Notes under the pieces: generated by a model
Seen by the model: only the letters and a program-made list of their open reading frames with translations
Told to the model about the DNA's origin: nothing
The model's database searches: none
Shown here: in pieces, positions 51,670 through 64,000 of the stretch
Position numbering within the stretch: position 1 is the first letter of the stretch
Layout of the letters: each line of letters opens with the position of its first letter
Position numbers and translations under genes: made by a program
Assembly: GCA_030390025.1 (NCBI GenBank)
Contig: CM059437.1
Span: 87,048,001 to 87,112,000, forward strand
Direction of reading: 5' to 3'
DNA length: 64,000 nucleotides
From: Squalus acanthias
Taxonomy: Eukaryota

Positions 51670-52650
51670 CATTGGCCGCGATTTTCCCTACCTCAGTGGG
51701 TCCTGGCCCGGGTCCTGTCTCCATCCCGGCCTCCGACATGACTTTCCCCTGATTGGGCTAGTTAGCCCACCCAGCACGTTTCCCGGGCACTTGAAGGAAG
51801 CGGGTCTGATGACATCATTTGATGACGCGTCATCAGCCGGTTTCCTTAAAGGGACCATGCGCAAATTTACTTTGACATTTGTGCTGTCAGTATTCTACAG
51901 CATTGAGGTGCTGCAAACACTGACAAGCACTGCAGAGGTGCACGGCTGCACCCAGGCTCTCCCATGACTCCCACCATATGCTTATGGAGGGAGTCACAGC
52001 GCGCAGGGAGGTTCTCTTCCCTTCCAATGGACAGAAGAGACCTCCCCAGGAGACCAATGCAACCTAGTTACACATGGCACAGGAGGGCACAAGCAGGGAT
52101 GTCATCAGGAGGACCAGGCTGCAGTGGCGCAAACCTTTCAATGATCTCAGTAGATCACGAAACGTTACTGCAAAGCCACACTCAACCTCATCCTGCTGTG
52201 CCACTCATTACATCCCCATCACTCTGCCTTCCCTACCCTACTCCTGCACATCCTTACTCACACCAACTTACCTTGCACCTCCACCCTTTCCTCTCTATCT
52301 ACATTATCACATCCCCATCTCACTAGCCACCCCTCACACTCACCCTCATCCTAGTCCAATCATATCAACTAACAACACACAAGGGTAGGCACTTATGTGT
52401 TTTAGCCAATGTTCATGTGAAGTTTCTGTTAATGTGCTGTCAAACATTGAAATCTTTATTTTCAACACTTTGCGTTCTTGGACAGATTTGTGTGCACCTT
52501 TGGAAGTGGCTTAGTGAGTTGCAGTGAATGGTGAGACATAACGGTACCCCCCCCCCCCCCCCCCGCAATGGTGATGAGTGTGAAAGGAATGGCATGGGCA
52601 TTGTAGGGATGCTTTTTGGTGTGGGTGTGGGTGTGGGGTGGTGCCAACCT
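51670..52650 (+). mobile_element. Decayed Harbinger element, Myb/SANT-like ORF remnant
   Basis: LMEGVTARREVLFP...MAQEGTSRDVIRRTRLQWRKPFNDL matches the Myb/SANT-like pattern R..xQCRKxFNDL. Confidence 0.65.
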
Positions 52651-53823
52651 AGCGCATCATGTGGCCTAACTGGTCTATGCTGAGGTTTATGCTCCACATG
52701 AGCCTCCTCCCAACTCTACTTCATCTAACCCTATCAACATATCCTTCCATTCCTTTCTCCCTCATGTACGTATCTAGCTTCCCCTTAAATGCATCTATGC
52801 TATTCGCCTCAACTACTCCATGTGGTAGCAAGTTCCGTACTCAAATTATGTTAATAGAAAGAATCTTACAGAATTGGGGAAAAAGGTCTTTCAGCAGGAG
52901 CTGGGCAAGACAGGGCATCTTTCAATTGTGGGAAAGAGTCACATAACTCATGGTACTTGAAAGTTGTATTCCTTCTCCAGAGGCAAGTCACTGATGGAAG
53001 TGATTGTTGATTGAAGGAACTGCTGAGCCTGACAGTGTGAAAGGTGAAACAACCACACACACAAAATAATAGTTACCAGAGTATTGGAGGATAATTAATC
53101 ATTGTACCTTTGTGGTTGTTGGTATGGAGGAATTGAATTGCCAGCAACTCCTTCAATCTAATTACCCCAAAGAGATCAGCAGTATTTTATTTTACATTTT
53201 GAATATCTGTCTTAATTATAATAGGTTTTTATTGAAGAGAATTATTTACTCTTCAATGAAGAATTAGAAGCCCTCAGATTTTGTCCCGATTGGGTCCTGA
53301 ATTCATGATGCTACAGAGGCAGGTGGTCATCTTACTCCACCTGCCAATGCCCTCTCTGGTTGTTCACAAGGTCACACAGCAGTGACATCCAGTCTTCCTT
53401 CCCCCTACAAAGAGGCACACATGCAGCATTGGTGTCTCCTTGTACAAGAGTGCATTATAACGTGGACACTCAAGAGCTTGTGGGTCCTTCATGCTGATTT
53501 AAAGTTGTTAACTAGATATGTTGCCAGAGGAAAAAAAAAAGCACAAAACTGCAGTGCTTGTAAGGTTGTGTAAGTTTTCTTAGTGTGCTGTCCGTTGTCT
53601 CACCCAATAGAGATACAAGCACTGGTTTTGCACTGCGTCTGACTACATCTTTCAGGAATCAGGACCCATTCAATTTTAAAATGGCAGAATTCGCATCCTT
53701 CATATTGTTGGGTGCTGTTGATGGCAAGTCATCAAGGCAAATTGCCACATCATTTGTGAAAGAACTGCTATAACTTCTAAGCACTAGTAAAATGTTCTGA
53801 CTTCAATATATATTAAACATTAC

Positions 53824-53927
53824 CCCATGTTCCCACAGCATTATCCACACCAGATGGGTTTCCATGGATCAGCTTCTCTCCCTGAAAGGCCCATTTGTTA
53901 ATCAGTTCCAGCTCATCCTCATTCCAT
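53824..53927 (-). CDS. MVK: Mevalonate kinase, exon 6 orthologue (catalytic Asp)
   Basis: aatcag|ATGGAAT...ATGGG|gtaatg; 104 nt; [34 protein letters not shown] carries the HGNPSGVDN motif. Confidence 0.98.
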
Positions 53928-55923
53928 CTGATTGTGGGTAAAAATAGAGAAAAAAAGCATTAAAACTTTGGTCATTATGAGTAGGGATAATTGATTTGTG
54001 TTTGCTTAAATGTCATTTGCCCTTGTGTAGAGGCAATTATCTTAACTTCAATTTCTATGTTTTGCAAGTACTGGTTGCATTGCTTAATATTTGGAACATT
54101 GCGATATAGTTAGAATCTTATCAAGTAAGGAGCACTTAAGTAAAAGGATAATCAAAGAAAGGGTGAGACCACTTGGCTCCCTTCATCTGGATGAAGGGAG
54201 ATCTGGAACGCGCTGCCTGAAAGGGTGCTGGAAGCAGATGCAATAGTAACTTTTAGAAGGGAATTGGCTATCTACTTGAAAAGGAAACATTTGCAGAGCT
54301 ATTGGGAAAGAGTGGAGGAGTGCGACTAATTGGACAGCTCTTTCAAAGAGCCAGCACAGGCACGATGGGCCGAATGGCCTCCTTCTGTGCTGTATCATTC
54401 TATGATTCTAACAAAATTTCTATCTAACAAAACACTGCCAGGACATGGTTTTATTAGACTGTGTTTAAATGGCAATTTTTCTTTATTTCTTCTCCCTTCC
54501 CCATCGCACGTATTTTCATATTAAATCTACATGTTGCAATTGCATTTTGTGTTCAGCATTTGCAAAACAATTCATCAGATTCCAAGTTTTTATTGCCATT
54601 CCTACCAAAATCTCATCTTTCGTCACCTGTTGCAGTTTCTAACCATTCTATTAACTAGCTCCTCATCAGTATCAAAGGTGTATTCCCCCCCAAAGAGATT
54701 AATTTCCTCAGATTAAAGTTGTGGCTTTTGACGAGTGAAAAATTAACACAGGCAAGTTTAAAAAAATGAACTTGTACTTGCCAAGTGGCAGGGTTAGATG
54801 CTTAGTGGCTAATAGACAGTGATGTCAAAATAAGATAGGTCTCCCTGCAACTGCTTATAGGCCATTGCAGATCAGCCCGAGTAAAAATGCACCCATTATC
54901 TGGATAGCTACACTCTTATCTGGCACTGAGCATGTGAAATTCAGTCATTTGGCTGGATAATCTGACCTAAAATATCCAATGAAAACAGTCAGAACCAAAA
55001 GTCTAGTTATTTCATTAGCTGTTTCAAATATCCAGAATCAGGTGAACATGTTACAGATTATATGATTAGATATTTTACAAAATACACACCTTAGAGGATT
55101 CCAAGTAAATATACCCAATAATAGAATTTACAGCACAGAAACAGGCCAGTCAGCCCAAAAGGTCTGTGCAGTGTTTATCCTCCACACGAGCCTCCTCCCA
55201 CCCTTCTTCATCTAATCCTAGCAGCGTAACCTTCTATTCCTTTCTCCCTCAGACTGAGATCGATAGATTTTTGTTGGGTGAGGGTATCAAGGGACATGGA
55301 GCAAAGGTGGGTGAATGGAGTTGAGATACAAATCAGCCATGACCTAACTGAATGGCAGAACAGACTCAAGGGTTGAATGGCCTACTCCTGATCCCATGTA
55401 CTCTGTACTGTACTCATGACCCACTCCTGCTAATCGAGTAGAAAGCATAGCCTTAACAAGAATGACACCAGAACTGAGGGGTAATAACCATCAGGAAAGA
55501 CTGAACAGGCTGGGGCTCTTTATTCTAGAAAAGAAAAGGTTGAAGGTGACCTAATAGAGCTCTTTAAGATTATGAATGAGTTTAATAGGGTAGACGTAGA
55601 GAAGATGTTTCTATTTGAGGGGGAGTCCAAAACTAGGGTCCATAAATATAAATTAGTTACTAATAAATCCAATAGGGAATTCAGGAGAAACTTCTTCACT
55701 TGGAGTAGTGAGAATGTGGAAATCGCTACCACATCAAGTGATTTAATAATCTAACTCTATACCCTGTGACAACTTAACCAGCAATAGAGACTTCCTGTTT
55801 AGAATCAAAATATCCACATTGGCCTAATGCTTTTACCTTTGACTGAATAAATTTGTAAGTCTAATCATTAGAATAATATTTTCATAAGACAGGCTATAAA
55901 ACCTCAGAGGTATCTTTGCTTAC

Positions 55924-56079
55924 CTGGCAGTGCCTTTCTCCTGCAGAGCCGGGCAGGTAATGGCCCCACTGGCTGTTAAAAGGGCTGCAGCCAGGCACAC
56001 ACAATATGCAGCACTGGATCCCAGCCCAGCTCCTGTTGGAAGTTCAGACCAAACCAGAATGTCCACACTTGGCAACTGC
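55924..56079 (-). CDS. MVK: Mevalonate kinase, exon 5 orthologue (GHMP ATP-binding loop)
   Basis: ggcag|GCAGTTG...GCCAG|gtaagc; 156 nt; [34 protein letters not shown] contains the GHMP kinase PxGxGLGSSAA motif. Confidence 0.98.
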
Positions 56080-56800
56080 CTGCCAACAACAATCCAAAAT
56101 CAGCACAATATTATTGCAGGAATTTTGCTTGCTGCACTACAGTAGGTTGGAGTCTTAGAAACTTGCATATTTTCTCAACATCAGATTTCAACTGACCCTC
56201 ACTTCTTTCCACACAACCACTGTAAATGGCTCTCATGCCTCCTTGCACCATACTCCAGAAGTAAAAAGTATACAAAATTCTGTTTCTATCCCTTTGTTGG
56301 TTATGTCCTTTCTTGCTACTGCCTTCATGTTGTTTCTGATTAACACAGCTACCCCACCACCCATACTTCCCTCCCTAATATTTCTAAATACATTTCAGCC
56401 TGCAATATTTAACTGCCAGTCTTGTAATGTCTGAAGCCATGTTTCGATTATCCCTATTATTATTCATTACTCCAGCTTATTTTTGTCAGTTATTTTATTA
56501 TTACTTCCTATAATCTTTTTGTCCCCAGAGTATTTATATTATTTTTATCTCTATGACGTTGACCTCTGTTCTCATCCCTTCTTTTTCTTATCTTTAGGTT
56601 ACAATTATATCCACCCGAACTCCCTCCCAGTACAAGTGTATTTATTGGGTGCTGTGCTTCTGCAACCTTAAAGCACCCTTAGCAGCTGCAATATTGACAC
56701 AAATCTGCTGCCTGTCCTGACGCAACCATCAAAATTGGTGCCAAGTTGAATTGTATCTTTCGTACTGCAGTGAGTTAATGGAAGAGAATGGACTCAATAC

Positions 56801-56948
56801 CTAGAGCTGGTGGAGATAGCACCGTATAGATAAAGGAAGCAGAGGACACCGAGGTTCATTGTGTCCATACAGCCTTCTGGAATTCCTGCAAATCGTTTCA
56901 GTTGCTCCACCTGTTCCTGACTCGCAGCCTTTGGATTCAGGACATCAG
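56801..56948 (-). CDS. MVK: Mevalonate kinase, exon 4 orthologue
   Basis: tttttgtag|CTGAT...TCTAG|gtattg; 148 nt, phase 1 to 2; (A)DVLNPKAASQEQVEQLKRFAGIPEGCMDTMNLGVLCFLYLYGAISTSS(R), cf. human EQVEKLKEVAGLP...AFLYLY. Confidence 0.94.
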
Positions 56949-57015
56949 CTACAAAAAGAAAACCATCAGCATCGTTAATGGGGCCACTGGGAAGAAGTCA
57001 TTCTGTTAACACCAA

Positions 57016-60000
57016 GGGGGAAAAATTCATGTTCGCCAACAAAGTTGCCGGTGCAGTTAACGGCTGCTGGAAATGGCCGCAACGCTAACCGAGTGAAATT
57101 GGTCTGGGGGGGGCATGGAGATAGGTGACGCAGCGCTCACCTGCCGTGCAACACCTTCCTGGTGGCATTGCTGGACGGATCTGAGACTAAGTTTCTGTCC
57201 AGGTCCGGCATTGCAGCTTCCCACAACCTCTGTGAGCGAAGCTGTGGAGCTCGCAGGGAATTGTGGGCAATGAAGAGGTCTGAGAATTAAAGGGGCCACG
57301 CACACTGAAGCAATACAAAATTAAATGCAGTGAATCAATACATTTTTCAGTCCTTTCTGCCTTTTAAGAAATATTCAATATTTAAAAGAAGTTCCAAATG
57401 TGAATATTCAGCTGTTAAAGCTGAATTACTTTCCTAACCTCAACAAATGGGAAAACTGCCTCAGCACTAACACAAATGGCTCAGCAAGCCAGCAAAGGGG
57501 CACAGAGGGTCTCACACGCAGCTTTGTGCAGGGGGGTCAACACTGCAAGAGCGGCCCTCTACCCACGGGGGTCAGGAGGCCCTCCAGAAAGAACGATGTG
57601 GGAGCACATCACTAAGGCCGTCCCTGCCAGCAGTGTCGCCCCACACCACCTGGCTCCAGTGCCCAAAGAAGCTTCATGACCTCAGACCACTGGTCAAGGT
57701 CAGTGAATGCATCTTCAAAAGCTATCTCCTACCAAATGCACCACTAGCCTCACATACTGCTCAATGCACGACCCCCAATCACTCACCTACCAACAATCTG
57801 CACCAATGACGAGGCACATCTCCCATTCCTAGCCTCACCTCACCCCCTTGGAGGAGACGGTGCAAGCCATTCTTGGCTGGGGCATGGTTGAGCCCTTGGC
57901 CAGCGGCGGGGCTGACGGATACAAGATGCGGGTATCCTTGTATGTTATCCTCCTTCTAGCATGCACCGCTTGCTTTCCCGCCACCCCCCCCCCCTCTGTC
58001 AGCACAACTCCACCCTTGTGCCTTCCTCATTTCCCAAGAAATGCAGCCTGCCCAGCCAGGGGTCAACTAGAAGAGGCAGCCTGCCCAGCCAGTGGACCGC
58101 AGGCAGATGATTCCATCCCGGATATCCTGTATCGTGACGGACGTTTTCCAGAACCTAGTGAGCAGACAAGATGGCGCTGAATATACATTCATTATAAGAC
58201 CATACTCGGTACAGGCAGGATGCAACCCATTTGCGTTTTGGACAAAAACAATGATATAAGTGCTTGAATCGTTTCAAATGCACGGTGAGAATCATTGCAC
58301 TGGACAATCGGGGGCCCATCCAGACACATCAATACACAAATACCCCCCCAGCTCAACAGTGAGAGAGACATTGACGGGTGATTGGGCCAGTTTTCAGGGG
58401 ATCCCGAAACCAGTTGAGGAGACGATTTATACACATCCTGCCTAGCTCAACAATGAAGAAGACATTAACGGATAGCTGGCCAGTTTCGGGTGATCCCGAA
58501 ACTAGTTAAGAAGACAATCACCCCATACCGAGAACCTTGGGCGCCAAAATTAAACAAAAGACAGCATCTTGATTTGAGCGGGAGATAAGGCCCGGCCAAA
58601 CAGTATAACTATAGAGGACAAATGTTCCTCAAGAGGGTAGTCAGATTGGAAGAGTTACGGAGATTGGAAGAGTTGCGGAGTGCAAGTCTCTTGTTCCTTC
58701 CGCGGTGCTGTGTTGGTCGGTTGTTCGAGTGTTGGGTGGAGTTCGGGTTCGAGTTCGTTGTTCGTGGTCCGTGTCGGCCAGAAACGGAACCTCAGAATGA
58801 GCCACCTCGACACGGCAGGCAGTAGGGTACACCATCCCGATCGTCGGTAAACGGTGTCTGGATCCATCAGGGCAACGCAGCGGTGCGTTCCCGAGCGACC
58901 AGCCGCCGGTAGCGAAGAAGACAAGAATCTCGGCCAAGCGAGGCCCGAGTGACGAGAAGAAATTCCACGTGGGAGACGCCACGGTCAGTAAAACCCCGAC
59001 CGCGCCCGAAGATAAATGACGAAGTAGGTTCAAATCCACCTTTTGAATCCTACCGAAGACTTCATGACATCAGGAAGACAGACTTATCTTCTGGTTATTT
59101 GAGTGGGTAGACTGGGCCATCCGCGACGAACGTCCATCGGGGCTGTCTCAAGTGGATCCATCGGGGCAGCAAGTGTAAACAAGTCGAGCTCAGAAGCCTT
59201 TACAGCCACGTGACAGCCAGGCGCTGCAGCGAAAAGCTGCGAGCCTCATTTTAAATTCCGGAGTAACCCGTGAAGTGGTGAGCATGTTTCCCGACCCTAC
59301 AAATCCAGACGTAGTTTAGGTATTATAAGGGAGGGTGGTTCCTAAGGTTAATGTGTAATGTGTTCCCCCTTTTACGATGTGTCGTGTGTTCCCCATTTGT
59401 ATAGACCAAGTTTTATAGACGTGTGTATACTTGTAATTTCTTTGATCTGCGCATATGACATGTATTTCATTATTTTGGACACCGTACAATAAAGGCATTC
59501 ATTTCGTGCTATTCAACCAGGTCTATTTGAGTCTTTCTCTGCATTACTGCTCCTTTGCATCTAAGTCCAGGTGTCAGAACCGTAAGGGCGAGTGGGTCGA
59601 ACCACTCACAGGTGATTATTGCAAAAGTCTGGCCGGAGACCAGAGCAACAAAAAGGGGCTGTCTGGGATGCATCCTTCCGTCTGCGTCCTCCCTCTGCAA
59701 GTGGATGCTGTAAATGTGAAATGACAGCATAAAATGCTGGAAATACTCAGTTAGCCAGGCATCATGTTGACCTGAGACGTGAACTCTATTTTTCTCTCCA
59801 CGGATGTTGCGTGACCTGCTGAGTATTTGCAGCATGTTTTGTCTTCTCAAAGGTCTTCATTTATCATCTGAGCCCTTGCAAGCATCCAGCAGCACTCCCT
59901 ACACACTTAAAAAACTTTTCACATCTATTGCAGCAAGCCACCACTTCAATAAGAGCAAAAAAGCCCAGTCCAAACCCTTAAATTCAAACTTACCTGAATG

Positions 60001-60306
60001 ATGTGTGTGTCCCTTTAAGAGCTGCAGACATCGCCACTGCCAGCCTGCTTGCACACCAGGTTCACCTGACGTGCTTAGGACCCATCGCTGAATTCAGCGC
60101 TAGGGTCGAAGTTGGCGTTGCTCGCCGATTGACGTCACCACGCCGCCATTTTTTTTTTAAAAACAGGGCGCTGCCAGTTACTGGCAGCACAAAGTGGGAA
60201 GAGGAATATGGCAGCTGTCGCGGGATCCGCCACCAGCTGGCGAAAGAGCAGCGGCCGCCATTTCATGGCGCTATGGAGTGGCGGTAAGTACATGAATTTC
60301 TGGCCC
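57016..60306 (+). mobile_element. Decayed Harbinger-like element hosting an LTR-like insertion
   Basis: Left gggggaaaaattcatg, right catgaatttctggccc; Myb/SANT-like remnant at 57540-57700; no matching TSD, so the boundaries are tentative. Confidence 0.45.
58133..59610 (+). mobile_element. Probable solo LTR (ERV or Gypsy-like), antisense to MVK intron 3
   Basis: (c)GTGA...TCACA termini; YY1-type caagatggcg at 58167; two imperfect direct repeats of about 55 bp at 58370-58520; TATA-like tataac at about 58604; AATAAA at 59488; CpG-rich; no TSD found. Confidence 0.6.
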
Positions 60307-61879
60307 TCTAACTGTTCTGCGCCTCCGCTACTTAGGAACACCAGAAGCAACAGACTTCATGCTGCTCCTGTCCCTTTGCTTATCAAAAATTGTATGGATT
60401 ACTTACGAGGAAAAATATATATAGAATTAGCATGAGTAGCTACAATTCAGTTAAATTCTTTACTTAAAGGTATTTGAAATATTGTGCCAAGCAGGGTAGT
60501 AGAGACAGAACGTATAGTTGCATGCTAACAATAGGAGAGTTAGAATACCAGACGTATGGGCTCCAGTGACCCAAATAACCATGTTTTCCACAACTGACTT
60601 CTCTTACATTGGCAACTAACTGCATATATGCTCAGGTACAAGATCTACATTAACAAATAATGGAATAAATTGACAAAATGTGGCAAAATATAACAACAAC
60701 TTTCATTTCTGTAGCACCTTTAAAATTTAGAAAAATGTCCAACAGCACTTAATAATCAAGACAGCAATCTGATCAAACAGTTCATAGGACAGGGAAGTTC
60801 TCACTGGTTGGTGACTGTTGTCTAAACCAGTTCCAGCAGGTATACTTTTCTCTGGTTGCGAATGGGAGTAAAAAAGTCAGTGTATGTTATATTTTATAAA
60901 TACACTTGCAGCAACGTTATCCCTTGGATTGGTAACCAGAGGAAAATATCCCACAAGTCCTTTTTCAGCTATTAGTAGCTCTTGGAAGAGATTTTTTTTT
61001 AAAAAGACAGCTGGATGTCTAACACATGAAGAAATATCACCAAGCTTAAGAGTCTCCAAACCTAACTGCGAACAGATCTACATCTGTAAAATTTCTGTTT
61101 GCCCATTCTCTCCCACTAGGGACATAAATCTACCTACATAAGTCCAAAGAATTTGCGCATAGGTTGGCAGACCCAGGACGCAGGAGCCCCAAGGGTGTGC
61201 ATGGATACGGTTGGAGCTTAACCAGCTAAAGAGCACAGGGTACTGCTAAGCTTCCCACTGAATATTCAAGTAGGACAAGCCTATCCATCAGGGCATTGGT
61301 TGCAGGGTTATCTGAAGCAGAGTAGGAAGAATAGCACAATCACCTTAAAGAGAGTATGTTGCCATCATCCACCTAACCACAGCATTGATCCACTGAATAA
61401 TGGTTCCTGCAACCCGATCACACTCAGCATCAAGCCTTGTTTATATGAAAGCATGATCTCATATCTGGCCTCCAATTACTGCCTTTGAACAACAGTTGTT
61501 CCAAATCACAGTTTCCTCATCAGCGAGAATACGGACATCTGCCTTCAGCATTATGGAAGGACTTGCGCAGGGTAGCTTAAATTAACTAGGCGTCTGTTCT
61601 AGTCCAGGCTAATGCATCATCAGTGCTTAATCTAAGTCATCAGGAAAAAGGCACACCCACTGTACAGCTAACTCCTCCTCCAGGGTACTCAGTGTGATCA
61701 ATAAAGGACAGGCTCGCATAGGCTGGAGCCCTTTCTCCTGCAGCTGCTGCCTCTTTTAGTCATTGATCCACCACACAGCTTGGTCCTGGATCACACAAAT
61801 AGGCCAGAGAAAGCCTTTCTGTTGCATGCCTACGAGTTCTGAGCCACAAAGGAGAACTATATGGATATATGTCCTATAT

Positions 61880-62600
61880 GCTACAAGCTTAAACTGCATT
61901 GGGACTTAGCTATCATTGAAGAAAAATAAGACAGATCAAAATGCCCTTTGTCCTGGTGAATTATGTCCAGGCTGAAGTAGGCATCCTCCAGGTACTGATA
62001 TGAATCAACAATTGCCCCATGTATGCTCCAATAAGTACCTTTGAGATCCCTTCTTGAGCCATGCAAAACTACAATACCACATTTGGGAGCACACACCACC
62101 ATATCCCACTGGTTAGCCCATTGTTCAAGTGGGTGGGTGGAATGTACTGGGTCCCTAGGTGAGTTAGCCAACAATTTGGTGAAAAGTAGCATCAACATAC
62201 TTTCAAAAATGCCTGAAATGGACACTCCAACTCTATCCTTCACCAAACCCTTCAACAGATCACTGAAGGAGACATTGAATAGACTAAGCGACCGTGAACA
62301 ATTGTACTTTAATCCTCTTTCAACAAAGATAGGTTGAGTGTGTCCTTCATCTACCCGTACATGGATCTTGGTGCAAAAATACAAAAGCGTGATAAAATCC
62401 ACGATTTACCCAGGTACTCCCATGGTTTCTAGCTTCTTCATGATGTCTGAATGAAGTATCAAGTGGAAAGTCTTTCCACAAAAAAAAAATCGATAAAAGG
62501 GGATGTTGCCTTGAATCTTACAACACTCTGATCTTATATAAAGCCACCATCTGTTGTTCATATTCTTCATGAGTGAAATCCACCCAGCTCTTTTCTCTGA
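61880..62600 (-). mobile_element. Highly decayed non-LTR reverse transcriptase
   Basis: ERGLKYNCSRSLSLFNVSFSDL (RGLRQGCPLSPLLFNIFINDL-like), LLFTKL (LLFADD-like), LEQWANQWDMVV..KCG, VDSYQYL. Confidence 0.6.
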
Positions 62601-63340
62601 TTACCCCATGTGTCTCCAGAGCATCTTATTTACAAACAACAATTAAGGAACCACCTTAACAGCCACTGGTATCAGGGAGATTCCTTGCTAGTTTTTGGAC
62701 TAGGATTCCTCTTCTTGAGGATTGAAGCCGCAAGCGCATTCGGATGTGATGACAGTCACACTGTAGGATTACAGGCTGATAGATCAATGACTGACATTTT
62801 TACTGTCAAAAATATTGTAGTTGATTAACAAAAATTGACATAGCCAGTAACTATATTAGGAATTACTTTATAATTCAATCTATACTATATAAACTAATAA
62901 ATAAGTTACTTACCAGTCATCTAGGTTAACTCAATTCCACATTCCAGAATAAAATTAGAGAAAACATGGTTTAAATCACGATGTTTTCTCTAATTTTCCT
63001 CTCAATTTTTCTCCACTTTTGACTCCAGACTCCCTGCATCCAACCCTCTGCCAATGTTGCTCTGAACTGACTGCCAGAAAATAGGCAAGAGTCTCTTCCT
63101 GAGATTTTTCCTGCAGAGATTCGCCAGGCCTCTCTACCTGTGTACCTCCACACAGCAGCTTGGCTGAGATCGGGATCCCACTGGGGCAGGGTACAGCATT
63201 GTGTTCCTATGGGCTGTGCCACCTTGCAAGCTCATGTCCTTATGAATTAATGTCTCTGCCTCTCCCCTCAAAAAGAACTTACTATGACAGGTGCAATGTC
63301 CTTTATTCTTTACAGTTCTGTTCATTTAGTTGCATCTTAC

Positions 63341-63488
63341 CATCAATTGCTGTCAGCAGGAACTGGAGGGCAGCAGATTTCCAACTAAGATGGACGTTAA
63401 TATTTGGCAAGTTTAATTGTACTCTTTGATCAGAACATGGTCGTATCCGGAGATATGTTTTTAAGTTTAAGCTGACTGCCAGAGCCAC
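63341..63488 (-). CDS. MVK: Mevalonate kinase, exon orthologous to human exon 3 (first exon in window; ATG exon is outside)
   Basis: ttctag|GTGGCT...GATG|gtaaga; 148 nt; encodes VALAVSLNLKTYLRIRPCSDQRVQLNLPNINVHLSWKSAALQFLLTAID, matching human VALAVSLNLRTFLRLQP as recalled. Confidence 0.96.
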
Positions 63489-63604
63489 CTAGAATCATAA
63501 AAAGAGTTTGCGTGAGTACCTTGGAATTTCAAAACAAAATATACATCTCTGCAAGCCCTTCACTTGCAGGATAAGTAACTCAGTGATGGCCAAGTCTCTC
63601 TTTA

Positions 63605-63900
63605 GAAACATAGAAAAATAGGAGTAGGAGTAGGCCAATTCGGCCCTTCGAGCCTGCTCCGCCATTCAATATGATCACGGCTGATCCTCTATCTCAATAC
63701 CATATTCCCACTCTCTCCTCATACCCCTTGATGCCTTTTGTGTCTAGAAATCTATCTATCTCCTTCGTAAATATATTCAGTGACTTGGCCTCCAAAGCCT
63801 TCTGTGTAGAGAATTCCACAGGTTCACCATCCTCTGAGTGAAGAAATTTCTCCTCATCTCAGTCCTAAATGTCCTACCCCGTATCCTGAGTGTCCTACCC
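63605..63900 (-). mobile_element. CR1 3' end just upstream of MVK exon 3
   Basis: Near-identical to 14601-14745 and 19103-19400. Confidence 0.9.
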
Positions 63901-64000
63901 CATATCCATTCTCTGCTGCATTAATGATACCAAGCAAAAGCATTTAGTTTTTAGCTGCTGAAAGCTGCCACAACACCCATTTTGTGAAGGGAACAAGAAA

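Noticed and set aside
52546-52564. Poly-C run as a functional G-quadruplex
   Set aside because: Simple homopolymer inside a decayed transposon; its length is error-prone.

Overview
Repeat-rich vertebrate genomic DNA. The LINE/SINE repertoire points to a cartilaginous fish (shark); this is inference, not a database result. The only host gene I can support is mevalonate kinase (MVK) on the minus strand. Nine coding exons, orthologous to human exons 3-11, lie between 63488 and 36446 with GT-AG boundaries and consistent phases (1131 nt, 376 aa plus stop). The start exon lies beyond the right edge. Most of the ORF track misses these exons and reflects transposon debris. The rest of the window holds a near full-length CR1 LINE with a zinc-finger/SGNH-esterase ORF1, a second LINE family, L2, RTE, Tx1 and Penelope fragments, tRNA-derived SINEs, hAT and Harbinger-type MITEs, and a probable 1.5-kb solo LTR. 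Most worth follow-up: (1) short TSD-flanked Penelope-like elements carrying minimal hammerhead-ribozyme cores; (2) a fold-back inverted duplication in MVK intron 8; (3) a perfect 45-bp hairpin inside a MITE; (4) strong CTCF motifs and CNE-like unique blocks downstream of MVK; (5) a possible alternative MVK 3' splice path. I see no convincing evidence for a wholly new protein system.
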